Shown piece by piece: positions 46,499 to 58,429 of a DNA stretch of 64,000 nt. Source of the DNA: Entomortierella parvispora E1425. Its lineage: Eukaryota; Fungi; Mortierellomycota. The position numbers were made by a program, and so were the translations under genes. The DNA lies in the NCBI GenBank assembly GCA_020891255.1, contig BQFW01000004.1, positions 992,001 to 1,056,000 of the forward strand, written 5' to 3'. The notes beneath the pieces were generated by a model that made no database searches, was not told the origin of the DNA, and saw nothing but the letters and a program-made list of their open reading frames with translations. Numbering within the stretch: position 1 is the stretch's first letter; every line of letters starts with the position of its first letter.

Positions 46499-47850
46499 AT
46501 GGTACGGTCACGTGTCATGCGGACCTTTTTTTTTACTTTCTATGGATCTGGGACCATGAGGGCATCCATCCATTGCGACCAGCGACCATGCATCCATCGA
46601 CCCAGGAAGCTACAGGAGATATTATATCATTGGATACTAGGCGACTTTGCTGCGAGAGCTCTGGATCAAGAGGGCGAACTTTGAACTCTGAAGATTTTTC
46701 GGTGATTCCATGTACCCATGCATGTTGCATGATGGGTGTCTTGCAATTGCTCGAAATAATGAAGGAGGATTGTCCAGGTGTTGAGGAGGAACACACGTCG
46801 TCCTCACAACTTGAATCATTGTCTCTTCAGGAGAGGCAGCTAAAGCCGACTTCCTCGTCGTTTCAGTTTCCGGGCGGGAGCATCGAGACAAAAAGATGTC
46901 ATCCTGAGGAAACATCCATTATCAAACGAAAGAATGGCAGATCCGACCTATGATCCTGCATCTCGACCACAACAAACGCACCTCCTACCAACTCGCTGCC
47001 AACTCTCTCTTCAGAGGATACTCTCTAGAAGAGCACTCGACACCCGCAACCTAGTTTCTGGACCATCGCCAGTATTTTTTTTTTTTTTTTTTTTGAGTAG
47101 GAGGTACTCATCAACCCATTCCTTTTTTTTCTTCATCCCTTCTCACCAGGCTAAGCGCACTAAGAAGGTCGGAGTTGTCGGTAAATACGGTGTCCGTTAT
47201 GGTGCCTCGCTCCGTAAGCAGGTCAAGAAGATGGAAATCACCCAGCACAGCAAGTACACCTGCACTTTCTGCGGTCGTGTAAGTACTTTTCTTAATATCA
47301 TTTTCGGGACACAATGACACAGGAGCTTCTCTTCTCAAAGGCGGCCTTTATACTTGGAGAGTTCACTCTGGAATATTGTTGAAAGCACGCCAACCAAAGA
47401 ATGACTCGGGAGAGAAGATTGCATAAAAAAAGACAAGGAGGTGGCAAACAAAGCGACGAATAATCCGGCATCGTCCACAAAGACATTGAGGGCTACTTTT
47501 GTAAGCCGCCGGACAGTCATCACAAGCACTGCAATCGAATATTCGAACATCAACAGCAACTCGAGATTTTTTCATTGCGTTGTGTCGACACCCAATATTC
47601 AGCTGGACATTGTAGCAGGGACTACGCATCACTGTTTTTTTCATGGGAAGCAACACAACACTCATCGTCATTTTCGTTCTCTTATTTCTTTTCTTGTTAC
47701 CAGGATGCCGTCAAGCGTCAGGCCGTCGGTATCTGGGGTTGCAAGGGATGCAAGAAGGTCATGGCTGGAGGTGCCTGGACTTTGTCCACCACTGCCGCTG
47801 CCACCGTCCGCTCCACCACCCGCCGTCTCCGCGAGATCATGGAGGTTTAA
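46499..47850 (+). CDS. RPL43: 60S ribosomal protein eL43 (L37a), 92 aa; exons 46499-46501 (ATG only), 47150-47278, 47704-47850
   Basis: [43 protein letters not shown]|[16 protein letters not shown]; the upstream ATG is followed directly by donor GTACGG. Confidence 0.93.
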
Positions 47851-48425
47851 GAATCTTTGTTCCCTCAACAGACTTCTTTTACTCTTGTGAAATAAAAAGG
47901 ACACAAAGCAGCTCAATGCATGCCAAAAAAAAAAAAAAAAAACTCTATCCTCTTGTCTTGATTTGTTCATATCGCTCGTTCGCATCGTCTACGAAAACTC
48001 TGAATCCACAGTGATACGTGGGATCTCGAAAAGAATGTATGCGATCTCATTGCAAAGGTGGACGTGTTGGGAGGCGCGACTGGTGAATTCATAAAGTAAG
48101 AGGAAGCGCGTGAGAGTGAGGATCATAGGGTCTAGACGATGTTCGTTGTTCAAGAGGGAGAGCTAGAATGTTCTGGATAATATTGACTGTGTTGTATGTG
48201 GTACAACGTGGCTCCAAAGGGGTGGCGATTAGGTGGAGGCGCAAGCCCAAAGAGGACTTTGGCTTTGGACCAACTCTGGTCAGCTTGTTGCATGTTGGAC
48301 TTTTTCCCTTTGTTCTCCAATATCAAAGCCACTTTGCCGCAGTCACAACTTGATTTAAAAGTCAAAGGACAAGTTTCTTTCACCAACAAATCATTTCATT
48401 CTTTCATACTGAAGGCTCTCTCAAG

Positions 48426-50353
48426 ATGGCGAGCGTGGACGATATTCGGGATCAACTAAGGAGTCTTGGCCTCGAAAGCCGCGGGAACAGGGCAACACTC
48501 AAAGAACGGCTCAGGAAATATCTCAAGCTGCATCCAGAGATCAAAAGATCTTTGTCTGGCCAGGGGAGCGACAACGATTCAGAGGAGGACGAAAATGGCC
48601 AAGGGAGCGGGAAGGATCTCAAGGGAGGAGATTCTCACTCTTCTACTATTCAGACAGTGAGAGATATCAACAAATCTGAACAAGAGATTGGAGACGATAC
48701 GTCGCATGGATCAGATCGGACTGCATCAGGCGCGCTATCGAAAGAATTACACCAGAACAGTCGATATGACTACTACCTGTGCTTTGATGTCGAGGCCACA
48801 TGCGAAAAGGGCTTCTCATTCGAGTTCCCGAACGAGGTGATTGAGTTTCCCGTGGTTTTACTGGATGGATCCACGCTGGAGGTGGTAAGTTTATTTCTCC
48901 TTTTATTCTTGATCGAGTAGCGACATGCAGAGCTCTGATGTTCTATCGTTCTTGTACAGGTGGATGAATTTCAGTCTTATGTGCGGCCAACGTACCGGCC
49001 GACCCTCAGTGAATTTTGTGTAGAGCTAACAGGAATCCAACAGGTAAGAAGAAAGCAGATATACTTGTGCCTGAGGAGTAAAACGGTGTTATCGACTTAG
49101 ATATCTTACCATTTTCTTTGACTTTTTCTGTTTTTGTTCAGGAAACCATTGACGCCGCGCCTACATTTACAGAGATGTTGATCTTGTTTGACGAATGGCT
49201 TACAAAACACGGCATCATCCTTGGGGAGCATCCCCTCGCTCATCTTGGTCAATGCACCAAAGAAAAGACTCAGAAGAATCGATCCAACAAACAACAAAAA
49301 CACCCGTCGAAAACCCGCTCGCGCCCCTCCAATAACAAAAAAGGCAGGAACCCTCACCAGGAGACCTCTACCTTTGGTAGTCCAGAGCCTCAACATGGTC
49401 CCACCGCCCTGAACGATTTCGTGTACGGGGCTACGTTTTGTTTTGTTTGCGACGGTCCCTTTGATATCCGGGACTTTATCCAAAAGCAATGTATCCATTC
49501 CGATATCCTACGACCGTCCTATTTCGCAAAACCTTTCCTGGATATCCGCACTCTGTTCAGGGATTACTTTGGTCTGATCCATTGGCTGAACCTAGAGGGC
49601 ATGCTCAGGTTCCTGGGAGAGACTTTTCAGGGTCGACAGCATAGTGGGATCTGTGATGCCCGGATGGTGGCTTTGATCGCGAAGCGGCTCGCTCATGGAT
49701 TCAAATCCTTACCAAAGTCTGTTCGGTCGATCCAGGAAGCTAAAAACAAAAAAGCCAAAAGAGTCAGTCAAAGCGGCGGAGGTGATTCTACACATACCCC
49801 AACAAACAAGGATCCAAACGTACAGCAAGGAGATGGCGAACAACAAGGACAAGAGCAGGAGCAGCAGAAAGAGGAAAGTGATGAGGGCGATCCCATTTTT
49901 CGAGAGGAGAACCAAGACAAGATCTCGCCTCAGTGGAGTGTCGAAAAGATGGTCAAGATGAGTCAGGGCTGTGTGCTGAAGGCCAATCGAGTCATTGATC
50001 CGTCTATCCCTGCAAGGATGATACCCTTTTATCGATTGGAGACAGTTGACGCCTCCGACTCTGAGATCACCAACGATGACACCACACACGAAAACCAAGA
50101 CCGTTCTGGGACCAGCCATTGCAGTGCAAAATCAACCGCAGAAGACAAGACGTCGGTTGTAGGGTCAACAGACGTAGAACTGGACGATACCAAGGGCGAC
50201 GAGGCCATTTCCTCAGACATTTCCGAGATTCTCACGATCCAAACATTCTTACCAAAAGACAATGATCTCTACCAGACCGAGGACGAAGAAGAAACGCGCG
50301 AAAACGAGTCCTTTGTACAAGAGTCACGGTTTGCAGCTTTGATGCTTGAATGA
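48426..50353 (+). CDS. ERI1: ERI1/3'hExo-like DEDDh exoribonuclease with N-terminal SAP domain
   Basis: SAP (LRSLGLESRGNRATLKERL), YLCFDVEATC, EVIEFPVV, FQSYVRP, LSEFCVELTGIQQ, DGPFDIRDF, FQGRQHSGICDARM. Confidence 0.88.
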
Positions 50354-50477
50354 TGCATGTATCAATAAAAGCATTCAATTTTTTTTCCTCTTTCGAATCT
50401 TCACATTTTTTGAAATTTTGAGATTTTGTATTATATTTTCAATGCGTATCATTTCATGCATCGTCTCTTAAGTCATT

Positions 50478-52765
50478 TTAAAAGTCTCTCAAGACGAGCA
50501 CCATCTCTGCAACACGAAGCTCCTGGATCTCGAGCTTTTCAAGGACGGCATTCAAGGTGTCCAGTTCCCTCGTCTCTGCGTCGTTCAACAAGGCCGCATT
50601 CTCCTTGACGTCCGTACGTTCCGTCTTGGCCAAGAGAACAGCTCTCTTGGAACGTTCCACAAACCGCCTCTGCCTCAAGTTGGCCATTGTCTGGTACAAT
50701 CGATCCACGATCGTCATCGCCGCCCTATCTTCCACCACCTCCCAAAGGTAAAAAGTTCTTGAAGGCGCCCTCTCCTGGGTCTTGGGGACCTCTTGCAAGT
50801 TCAAGACGCCAAAGGTGCAAAGGGTGGTAAGCTTTTCCCGAACGTCCTTGACTGGCATCATTGAGAATTTGGAAATCATCTTTTCCTCCAGCTTGCCCTT
50901 CTCCAACAACATATTCATGATGCGAACATAAGGCAATCCGAACCGACTCGTCACTACATCCTGGATCAGTTTCTTCCTCATCACCTTGGCGGCCTTCTGG
51001 AGGAGGACAGTGTACTGTCCGCTTCGGCCCTGAAACTTCCGCACAATCTCCAAGCGGTCCTCTTCCAAGAGATCCATGTATTTATCCAAACACTCTCCTG
51101 CTTCGCTGTTGACTGGGCTATCCCTTGCATCCTCGAGCGTGCCCACCATGTTGACATCTGATGGAAGACGGTTGAACAACATCATGACGTTCACAGCCGA
51201 AGAGTGCTCTTCCTTGCAGTTGATCATCCTGTCCTCGGCCAACTTCAAGATCGTCTCCACAATCTTCTTTGCAGTCAAGTTCAATCTTGACTCGAACATT
51301 TCGGCGATTTTCTAAAAAAAACAAAACAAAAATAAATAAATAAATTAAAAAAAAAAAAAATCATGATCAATACGCAATGGTCTTCCTGGATAGAAAAGAA
51401 AAAAAAAAATTCAACCGAGAGGGAGAGAGACATACCGCGTTTCGCCAGCGAATCGTGTACCGCTCAAAGTTGATCTTGAAGTAAACGTCCTCCTCGACTT
51501 CATCTACAATCTGAACATCCGAAGTCGTCAGCTTACGACGCTTATCCATCTCCCAATCGTCATCATCAACTGTATCCAACGTGCGTTTCTATTACATGGA
51601 GCGTAGGAAAAAAAAAAGACAATGGATAAATAAGCCTGTTCATGGTAACCAACGAGTCCGTGCCGAAACGATGGCGGCGGTGCGAAAAAAAGCTGCCGAT
51701 TAAAGTAATAGCCCTTACCAGTCCCATAATTTGGTTTCCTCCCTCAAGTCCTGCACGCTTGGACTCGATGGTTCGGCGAATTTCCGCCTTCTGTGCTGCG
51801 GTAGGTGGCATAGCCAACTTGTCAGTCTCCCTCTTTTCCTCCACCATATCCCGATCTGCTGCTGTCAAAGAGTCGGCGGGTCGAACGGCAATCAAGCACT
51901 TTTCCTTGACCATCTTTGTAAACACTTTCTTGATTGCCATTGTGCCTGGTGTAGGTGCCAAGGTATTACAAAAATAAAAGATGTCAAAGGAGGAAGGTAT
52001 CGTTAATGATCTGTGAAAAAGGCTACAAGCCCTGCTGCCCTCTGACAACAACAATTGCTAAGCGTGCATCTAAAACATCTGCCCGTTGCTTACGTTGAGT
52101 GGCCGATCGTCCGGCAGCCGTTCCAGTGCTCTTCAGGATATCCTCGATACAATCGGTAATGGTCAATTTTCCATGGGTCAAGATGGACTGTGCAACCACA
52201 GCTCCTTCACGCTCAAACCATTCCTGACTCGAAAAGAGGACTTTGGGGATCATGGCCCGATGCAGGATCTCGACCCTGTTGACTTCATAATAGGTCATAA
52301 TCCTGGTCTTTTCCTGTGTTTCAGCATAGACGGCCAAGTTTTGCTGGATAAGAACCACAAGTGACTCCCGGACCTGGCGTGTCGTCAGCTCTGTGAACTT
52401 TGCAATCATATGCACGGGCATGCGGCCCTTCCTGATAAGTACATTGGCGACTTTCTATAATCGATGCGAAAGGTATAGAAGGATAGGGACGAGTATGAGA
52501 GGCACATTCCATTTTCTAGGATCAAGACCAACAGGTCGACCCGACCAACTGGCAACGACGGGCAAAAGCGAACCTCGACAATGGGACCAAAGTGCTCCCT
52601 CACAATGAGGCGGCACAGTCTGTTTTCTAAAAGATGAATGGATGGTGTGCGTGCATGTGTGAGCAAGTGGTGGTCATTCATGTGTGGATACAACGAGCAG
52701 TGGTGCTGGGCCAACGCGCATGACCTCTCCAAGAACTGGGAGCATGACCTACCATGGGTACTCAT
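50478..52765 (-). CDS. RPC82: RNA polymerase III subunit RPC82/RPC3 (POLR3C), multi-exon
   Basis: LCRLIVREHFGPIVE, VRESLVVLIQQN, YFKINFERY, SRFGLPYVRIMNML, KLEEKMISKFSMMPVKDVREKL, LQEVPK...APSRTFYLW. Confidence 0.88.
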
Positions 52766-53114
52766 CGCGAAAGGGGAGGAGTCAGGACAATGAACGCAAC
52801 GTTGCGCCTCCAAGCTTGACCTTGAACAAAGACAGTTGTGCATGTATATTTAGCAGTCACTTTTGTTTGTTTTTTCAATTTCCCTTGAATTCATGTGGGC
52901 CATGATCAGACAACTCAAGCTGTAACGCGTTGCGCGCCAAAAAGGTGCTTGTGCCTGCTGCGATATTCAGTGAGCTATAGAGTGAATGTGTGAATGCATC
53001 CGTTCCTTTCTCCTCGGACCATCACCTCCTTCCGTCTCTGTTTCGATCTATACAAAAGGTATTTAATTTATCGTGCTTTGTCTTGATATTATTATCCACT
53101 ATCCCTTCAACTTT

Positions 53115-54906
53115 TTATCCAAGAATCTGGATGCTCTCCTTGGCCTCGGCCTCCTTCTTCTCTGCTGCAACCTCAAGTCCGACACGGTGCACAGTCTTCA
53201 GGAAGAGACCCATGGCCTCTACTGGGACAGTGGGGAGAATGCCATGGCCCAAGTTGGCAATGTATCTCTCTGTCGAGCCAAAACCGCGGATCATCCTCTC
53301 CACAGTCGAAACAATAGCCTCATCGCCTCCAAAGAGAACGTTGGGATCCATGTTACCCTGAAGAGTGACACGGCCCTTGGTTGTTGCCTTGGCCTGGGCG
53401 GGGTCATGGGTCCAGTCCAAAGAAACGGTCTCATAGCCAATCTCGGACAACTTGTCGAGAGCGTACCATGATCCCTTGGCAAACACAGTCATGGGCACAG
53501 CATGCTCATGTCCGAGCTCAGCCTTGACACGCTTGGCAATCTGGGCCAAGTATGGAAGGGAGAACAGATCAAAATCATGGGGTCCCAATTCGCCTCCCCA
53601 GGACTCGAAAACTTGAAGCATCTTTTAGTGTTTGCCGTTACAATGACAGTAGTCGAAACCAGGCGGTAACGCCCCAATTGGTATCCACGAACAGATAAAG
53701 AGTGAGAAGGAGAGAGAAAAACGATGAAATGAAGGCGAGGGTGAGTATCAAAGGACACAAGCGCACTTTCGCAGTTGGGCACAATTTTAAAAAAAAAAAA
53801 AAAAAAAAACACCCTGGGGCTTTCCTTACCTGAGCACCAGCATGCACCTGGCCAACCAAAAAGTCCACGCAGACATCAGTGATGCGCTGCAAAAGGGCGT
53901 GACTCTCCTTGGGATGCTTGAAGATCCACTCCTTGGCCTTGGACAAGGTTTTGCTGCCGCCTCCTTCAATCATGTAGGCCTAATTCATCAGAGAATATTA
54001 TGGCATTAGAACCATGGAAGGCAGACAGAAAGGGTTTCGAACCAGATCTAGCACCTTACCATAAGAGTCCAGGGGGCTCCAACGAATCCGATCAAGGGCA
54101 CACGTCCGTTAAGAGCATGGCGGGTCATGGTGATAGCCTCAAAGACGTACTTCAGCTCCTTGTTAACATCCACGTTCTCGTTCAACTTGGCCATGTCACC
54201 GGGCAAGACCAAAGGCTCGGGGAAGTGAGGACCCTTGCCAGGAACCATCTGAACCTCCATACCCATAGCCTGAGGGATGACCAGAATATCCGAGAAGATA
54301 ATGGAAGCATCCAAGAGACCGTCATAGCGATCAATGGGCTGCAAAGTCACCTTGGTTGCCAACTCGGGTGTGCGGCAGATTCTGAAGAAGTCGTTCTCCA
54401 CACGCTCAGCGCGGAACTCTGCAAGCAAGAAAGGAAAATAGGGCATGAGTGGTCAGCATGACGCGAGGCTGGATCGGATCAACATGGCTGCAAGGGTAGA
54501 GATATGATGATGGATAGTCCTTCTGCACTGGTCAAGAAGTTCTGGGGGTTGGTCCTGCGCTGTTCTTGTCCTGAAGTGCAATCGGAATGACAATGTCCTC
54601 TGGGTGCGATCCGTTGTAGCACCAGTCATTTTTTCCAAAGAGTCTTCCGGAGCCTTGTTTCTCCGAGCGAACAGTTGAATCCGCTCTACCCGTCCTGGGG
54701 GGGGGGGGGGTTCCCGTTGTTTGCATTGCAAGACATGGCCTGACAAGGCATGGCCTGGTGGAAGGACAAATGAACCGATCCATACCAGGCAGGTACCGTC
54801 CGGCCTGACGCATGACCCAGACGGGGGCGCGCTCAGTCTTTTCACCGCGAGCAGCACGGAGGATGAGGTCGTTCTTGAGAGGAGGGAAAGGCTTTGCGTC
54901 GGTCAT
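53115..54906 (-). CDS. HEM12: Uroporphyrinogen decarboxylase, multi-exon
   Basis: [83 protein letters not shown]. Confidence 0.97.
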
Positions 54907-55343
54907 GATGTGCAGAGGAGGGAAGGGGTGATGAGGAAGGAGGAGAAGAGAGGAGAGGAAGAAGAGGAAGCAGACCCTACACAGAACACATATTCACCGC
55001 TTCTTTGTCCGACCCTCGCCCGCCCAGAGGATCGTCCTAAAGTGGAAGGGAAACAGAGCCGGTTTTTTTGTTGTTGTTCTCTCCTGTCACTTTTCGCTCT
55101 GCTCTGCTCTCATCCCACCGCCACTTTATTCCTTCATTTCATTCCTCATTCGCCTTCCCTTTCTTCATTCATTCTCCTCCTTCAATCCGAACCTCGCCCT
55201 CTCCCTCGCCCTCTCTCTCTCTCTTCCTCTCTTTCTCTCTCCCTTGCTTCCGGACTGGACTCTGGGATACCAACGGCCGTTTTTATTGTCTCCGCAGGAA
55301 GGAACTTGTATTTATTTTTATTTTATTCATCAATCCCACTTCA

Positions 55344-58269
55344 ATGGACATGGACCCGTTCGAGGCTCGTCTAGAGTTCACCGGCCTGCTCTCAAGGTTA
55401 AATGCCTCCCAGCACTCTATCCAAAAGGTCGGCAACTTTGCCATGAAGAACCGTGACATGTACGAGGACTTGTACAATTGCATCACTGAGGAACTGGAAA
55501 AGGTAAACAAGAGTTGAGCACATATTCAAATGTTTAGTTGAAACCCATCACTCCACCGCGCACCACACCACCAGGAAAAAAAAAGAGGCGTAGTCAGAGG
55601 CCTATTAATGGAGCATCCGGGACATGACATGACGTATTGGAAACCGCACGCGAAGGCGGTGTTCTGTTTTCAGTTGCATTGGAAAATGGAGTTCTTGACG
55701 GGCTTTTATGAAAAGTGGGGCTTCATGTTTGAACCTTTCTGTTTTCTCGCCAGAGAACGAAGCAGCTTGTCCATGATCTAAAAACCTGAAAAGCAAAAGC
55801 GACCCAATCGTTCTTGTGGCAATAAAGACCCAGAAACGCAATTCCAATGCAGGCAGTGAGAGATCAAAGAAAAGGGAGGGTGAAGCAATTTGCTCCACCT
55901 TCCCGTTGTTTGACCTTCTCAATTTGCAAACTCCCTAAACACATTTTTTTTTACTTCTGTTCTTCATCAAAAGTGAACCGACCTCACACGTTGCACTGAA
56001 AAAGCACTGCCAATTGACCACACCACGTTTTTTTTTTGTTGTAATTGTTATATCGCGTAAATAACACGCCAAAAAACATAGACATCCATCAACGCTCGCA
56101 TGAACATCTTGTATGTTCTCGACTCGATCAGTCAACAGAGCAAGAAAGCCGGGTTTACTGGGTATATCGATCTGATCCAGAAAAACTTGCCTCAGATCAT
56201 TGAGAGCATTGCACCTGTTGGTCCCAAGGGCAACGTTAATGTTGCCGGAACGAAAAAGGTACCTCCGATTTCAGTTTTTGGCACCTGCTCTCTTTCCGAT
56301 CAGAAACCAAAAGATAAGCTAATGATTGTTTTTTTTAATACGCTTTGGAAATAGGTCCTGGACTCATGGCGGACAAAAAGGTTATACCACGAAGGAGCCA
56401 TTGCTAAGGTGGAAAGACCGCTCCTTGCCAGAGAACTTGGGTAGGTAGTCCAGGCGACTGGATTCGAAGAGTGAATCAAAGCTCATGGGCGGTTTCAAAG
56501 TAGCTTACCTGAAAATTTCATATTGTTAGTGCTAACGCGCCAGCAACATCCGAGACGGGACTTTCAAAGGACGACATTCTACGGAGAATGGATGAAGATC
56601 GAGAGCGGGTAAGGGAGATATCATACCGTAACGGTAGTGGTTGGTCAGCATCCTTACTTGTTTTAAAACTAATGACCATTGTCCTTGATTAAAATAGCAC
56701 AAACGGATACGGGAGGATATTTGGATTCGAGCTCCAGAGGAGGATCCAGCAGCCGAGTTTTCACAGCAATGGAATGAAGTTCCAGATTTAGATGAGGCAG
56801 ACTATGAAGAGATGGTGGATGAGAACGACAAGTATCTTCCCGGATACCAATGGTCTATTGAATTCGAGGCCGTCCCATCCCCCCCGCCCCAGTCACTGCA
56901 GCGAGATGCGCCTCTGAACGGTAACAAGACACACGGTCCAGAGTCGCCTTCTGTAGGATCCGTAGGCGTTGCAGGGTCGCATCTCCAAAGCACAGGGCCA
57001 CCACCACCACCACCACCACTTCCTCCACAACTTCCCCGACTGTCTCCAAGTGTATTGGAAACCCCGTCACCGCCTCCTACATCCGACGCACGAACCTTTG
57101 CCGAGCCTGTTATCCCAACAGGCCCAGCCGTTCCAGAGGCATCGCCTACACCCAATAATGTCCCTGCATTGCAAGGACAAGGCCAAGGCCAAGGACAAGG
57201 AGGAGAAGGAGGAGATCGCTCTGTATACAGCAATGATAGGAAGCGGCCATACGTTCCTTATTCTCATCACCCATCACACCAACAAGACTCTGGACATGAG
57301 AGAGAAGACTATTTGTCCAGTAACAAACGTATCCATCCGTTTGACAATAGTCACCATCAACACCTGCACCACCGTCACCACCGACAGACCTCATCTGGCT
57401 CAGTTGCCTCGACCTCCACCATCTCTGGAACCTTGACGCCGCTCTCAGCCTCAGGAACCCCTACATCCTCGTCGTCGTCTTCAGCAGCTGCTGCGGCCGC
57501 CGCCCTCTCTGGTTCCGCGGGACATACCGCCTCTCATCTGGATGCACCTCCTCGGCGTGAGGGACATTTGACGACAGACGATCGAGAGCCCTCACGGTAC
57601 GATCGTCATTTAGGTCTGTCGAGCTCTCATCGTCAAGGACGGATTGAAGATCGGTTCTATCATCATTCTGAGCGGTATGAACCACAGGAACGTCGTCCTC
57701 TTGAAGACAGAGATGGAGTAAGAGAACCCGCTGTAGAGACCGGTTCTAATCCAGGTGCAGCATCTAGCTCAATCGCAGCCCCAGGGCCGCCGGCGGTCGA
57801 TAGAAGATCGGATTTAGGCTATGGAGCAGATCTTGGCCGGGATCGTGACCGTGACAGAGACCGAGATCGCGATCGCGACTATGACCGGGACCGGGACCGG
57901 GATCGGGACCGAGACTCTGATAGAGGAGGGCTCCACTCGCGATCGTCGTTATCGCACCACGATTATGATCGCGACCGCGACCACTACCGTGATCATCGTG
58001 ATGCACCCCCTCCTCGAAGTCGTTATAATCCATCCTATCATCAGAGCCATCATCACCGCCATTACCCACGCGATGCTCGAGAGGAACATGACCTTCGGGA
58101 CAGGGCACCGCGTGAGAGAGATCATGATCTCCGTGACAGAGCTCCAAGGGAAAGAGATGAACCGCCTAGTCAGTCCTACCGGCATGGAGGGGATCAGCGG
58201 GACCCACGGGACCAACCTCCACCTCAAGACCGTGAGGACGAGCACTCAGACCTTAGAAAACAATGGTAG
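55344..58269 (+). CDS. CTK3: CTD kinase subunit gamma (Ctk3-like, CID fold) with long P/S/H/R/D-rich C-terminal extension
   Basis: MDPFEARLEFTGLLSRLNASQHSIQK, EDLYNCI, RMNILYVLDS, ILRRMDEDRERHKRIREDIW match Ctk3 N- and C-terminal conserved blocks as I recall them. Confidence 0.82.
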
Positions 58270-58429
58270 CAAAGTTAGAAACCCTTTTTTTTCGCCTCCA
58301 AGCTGGTCTCCTCTTACTGCTACTTTTTTTTTCCTTTTTTTTTCTTTCATTTTTTTCTTTTTTCATTTTTTTTTTTTTACCCAAATAATAATGGAAAAGG
58401 GGATGGGGATCCTTTATTGATTGTTCCTC

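Noticed and set aside
47411-47425. AGAGAAGATTGCAT resembling the U6 snRNA ACAGAGAAGAUUAGCAU segment
   Set aside because: Flanks do not match U6 on either side; a short match is attributable to chance.
54500-54560. ATGATGA box-C-like motif in the UROD intron
   Set aside because: It lies antisense to the host transcript, with no properly spaced CTGA box D or terminal stem.
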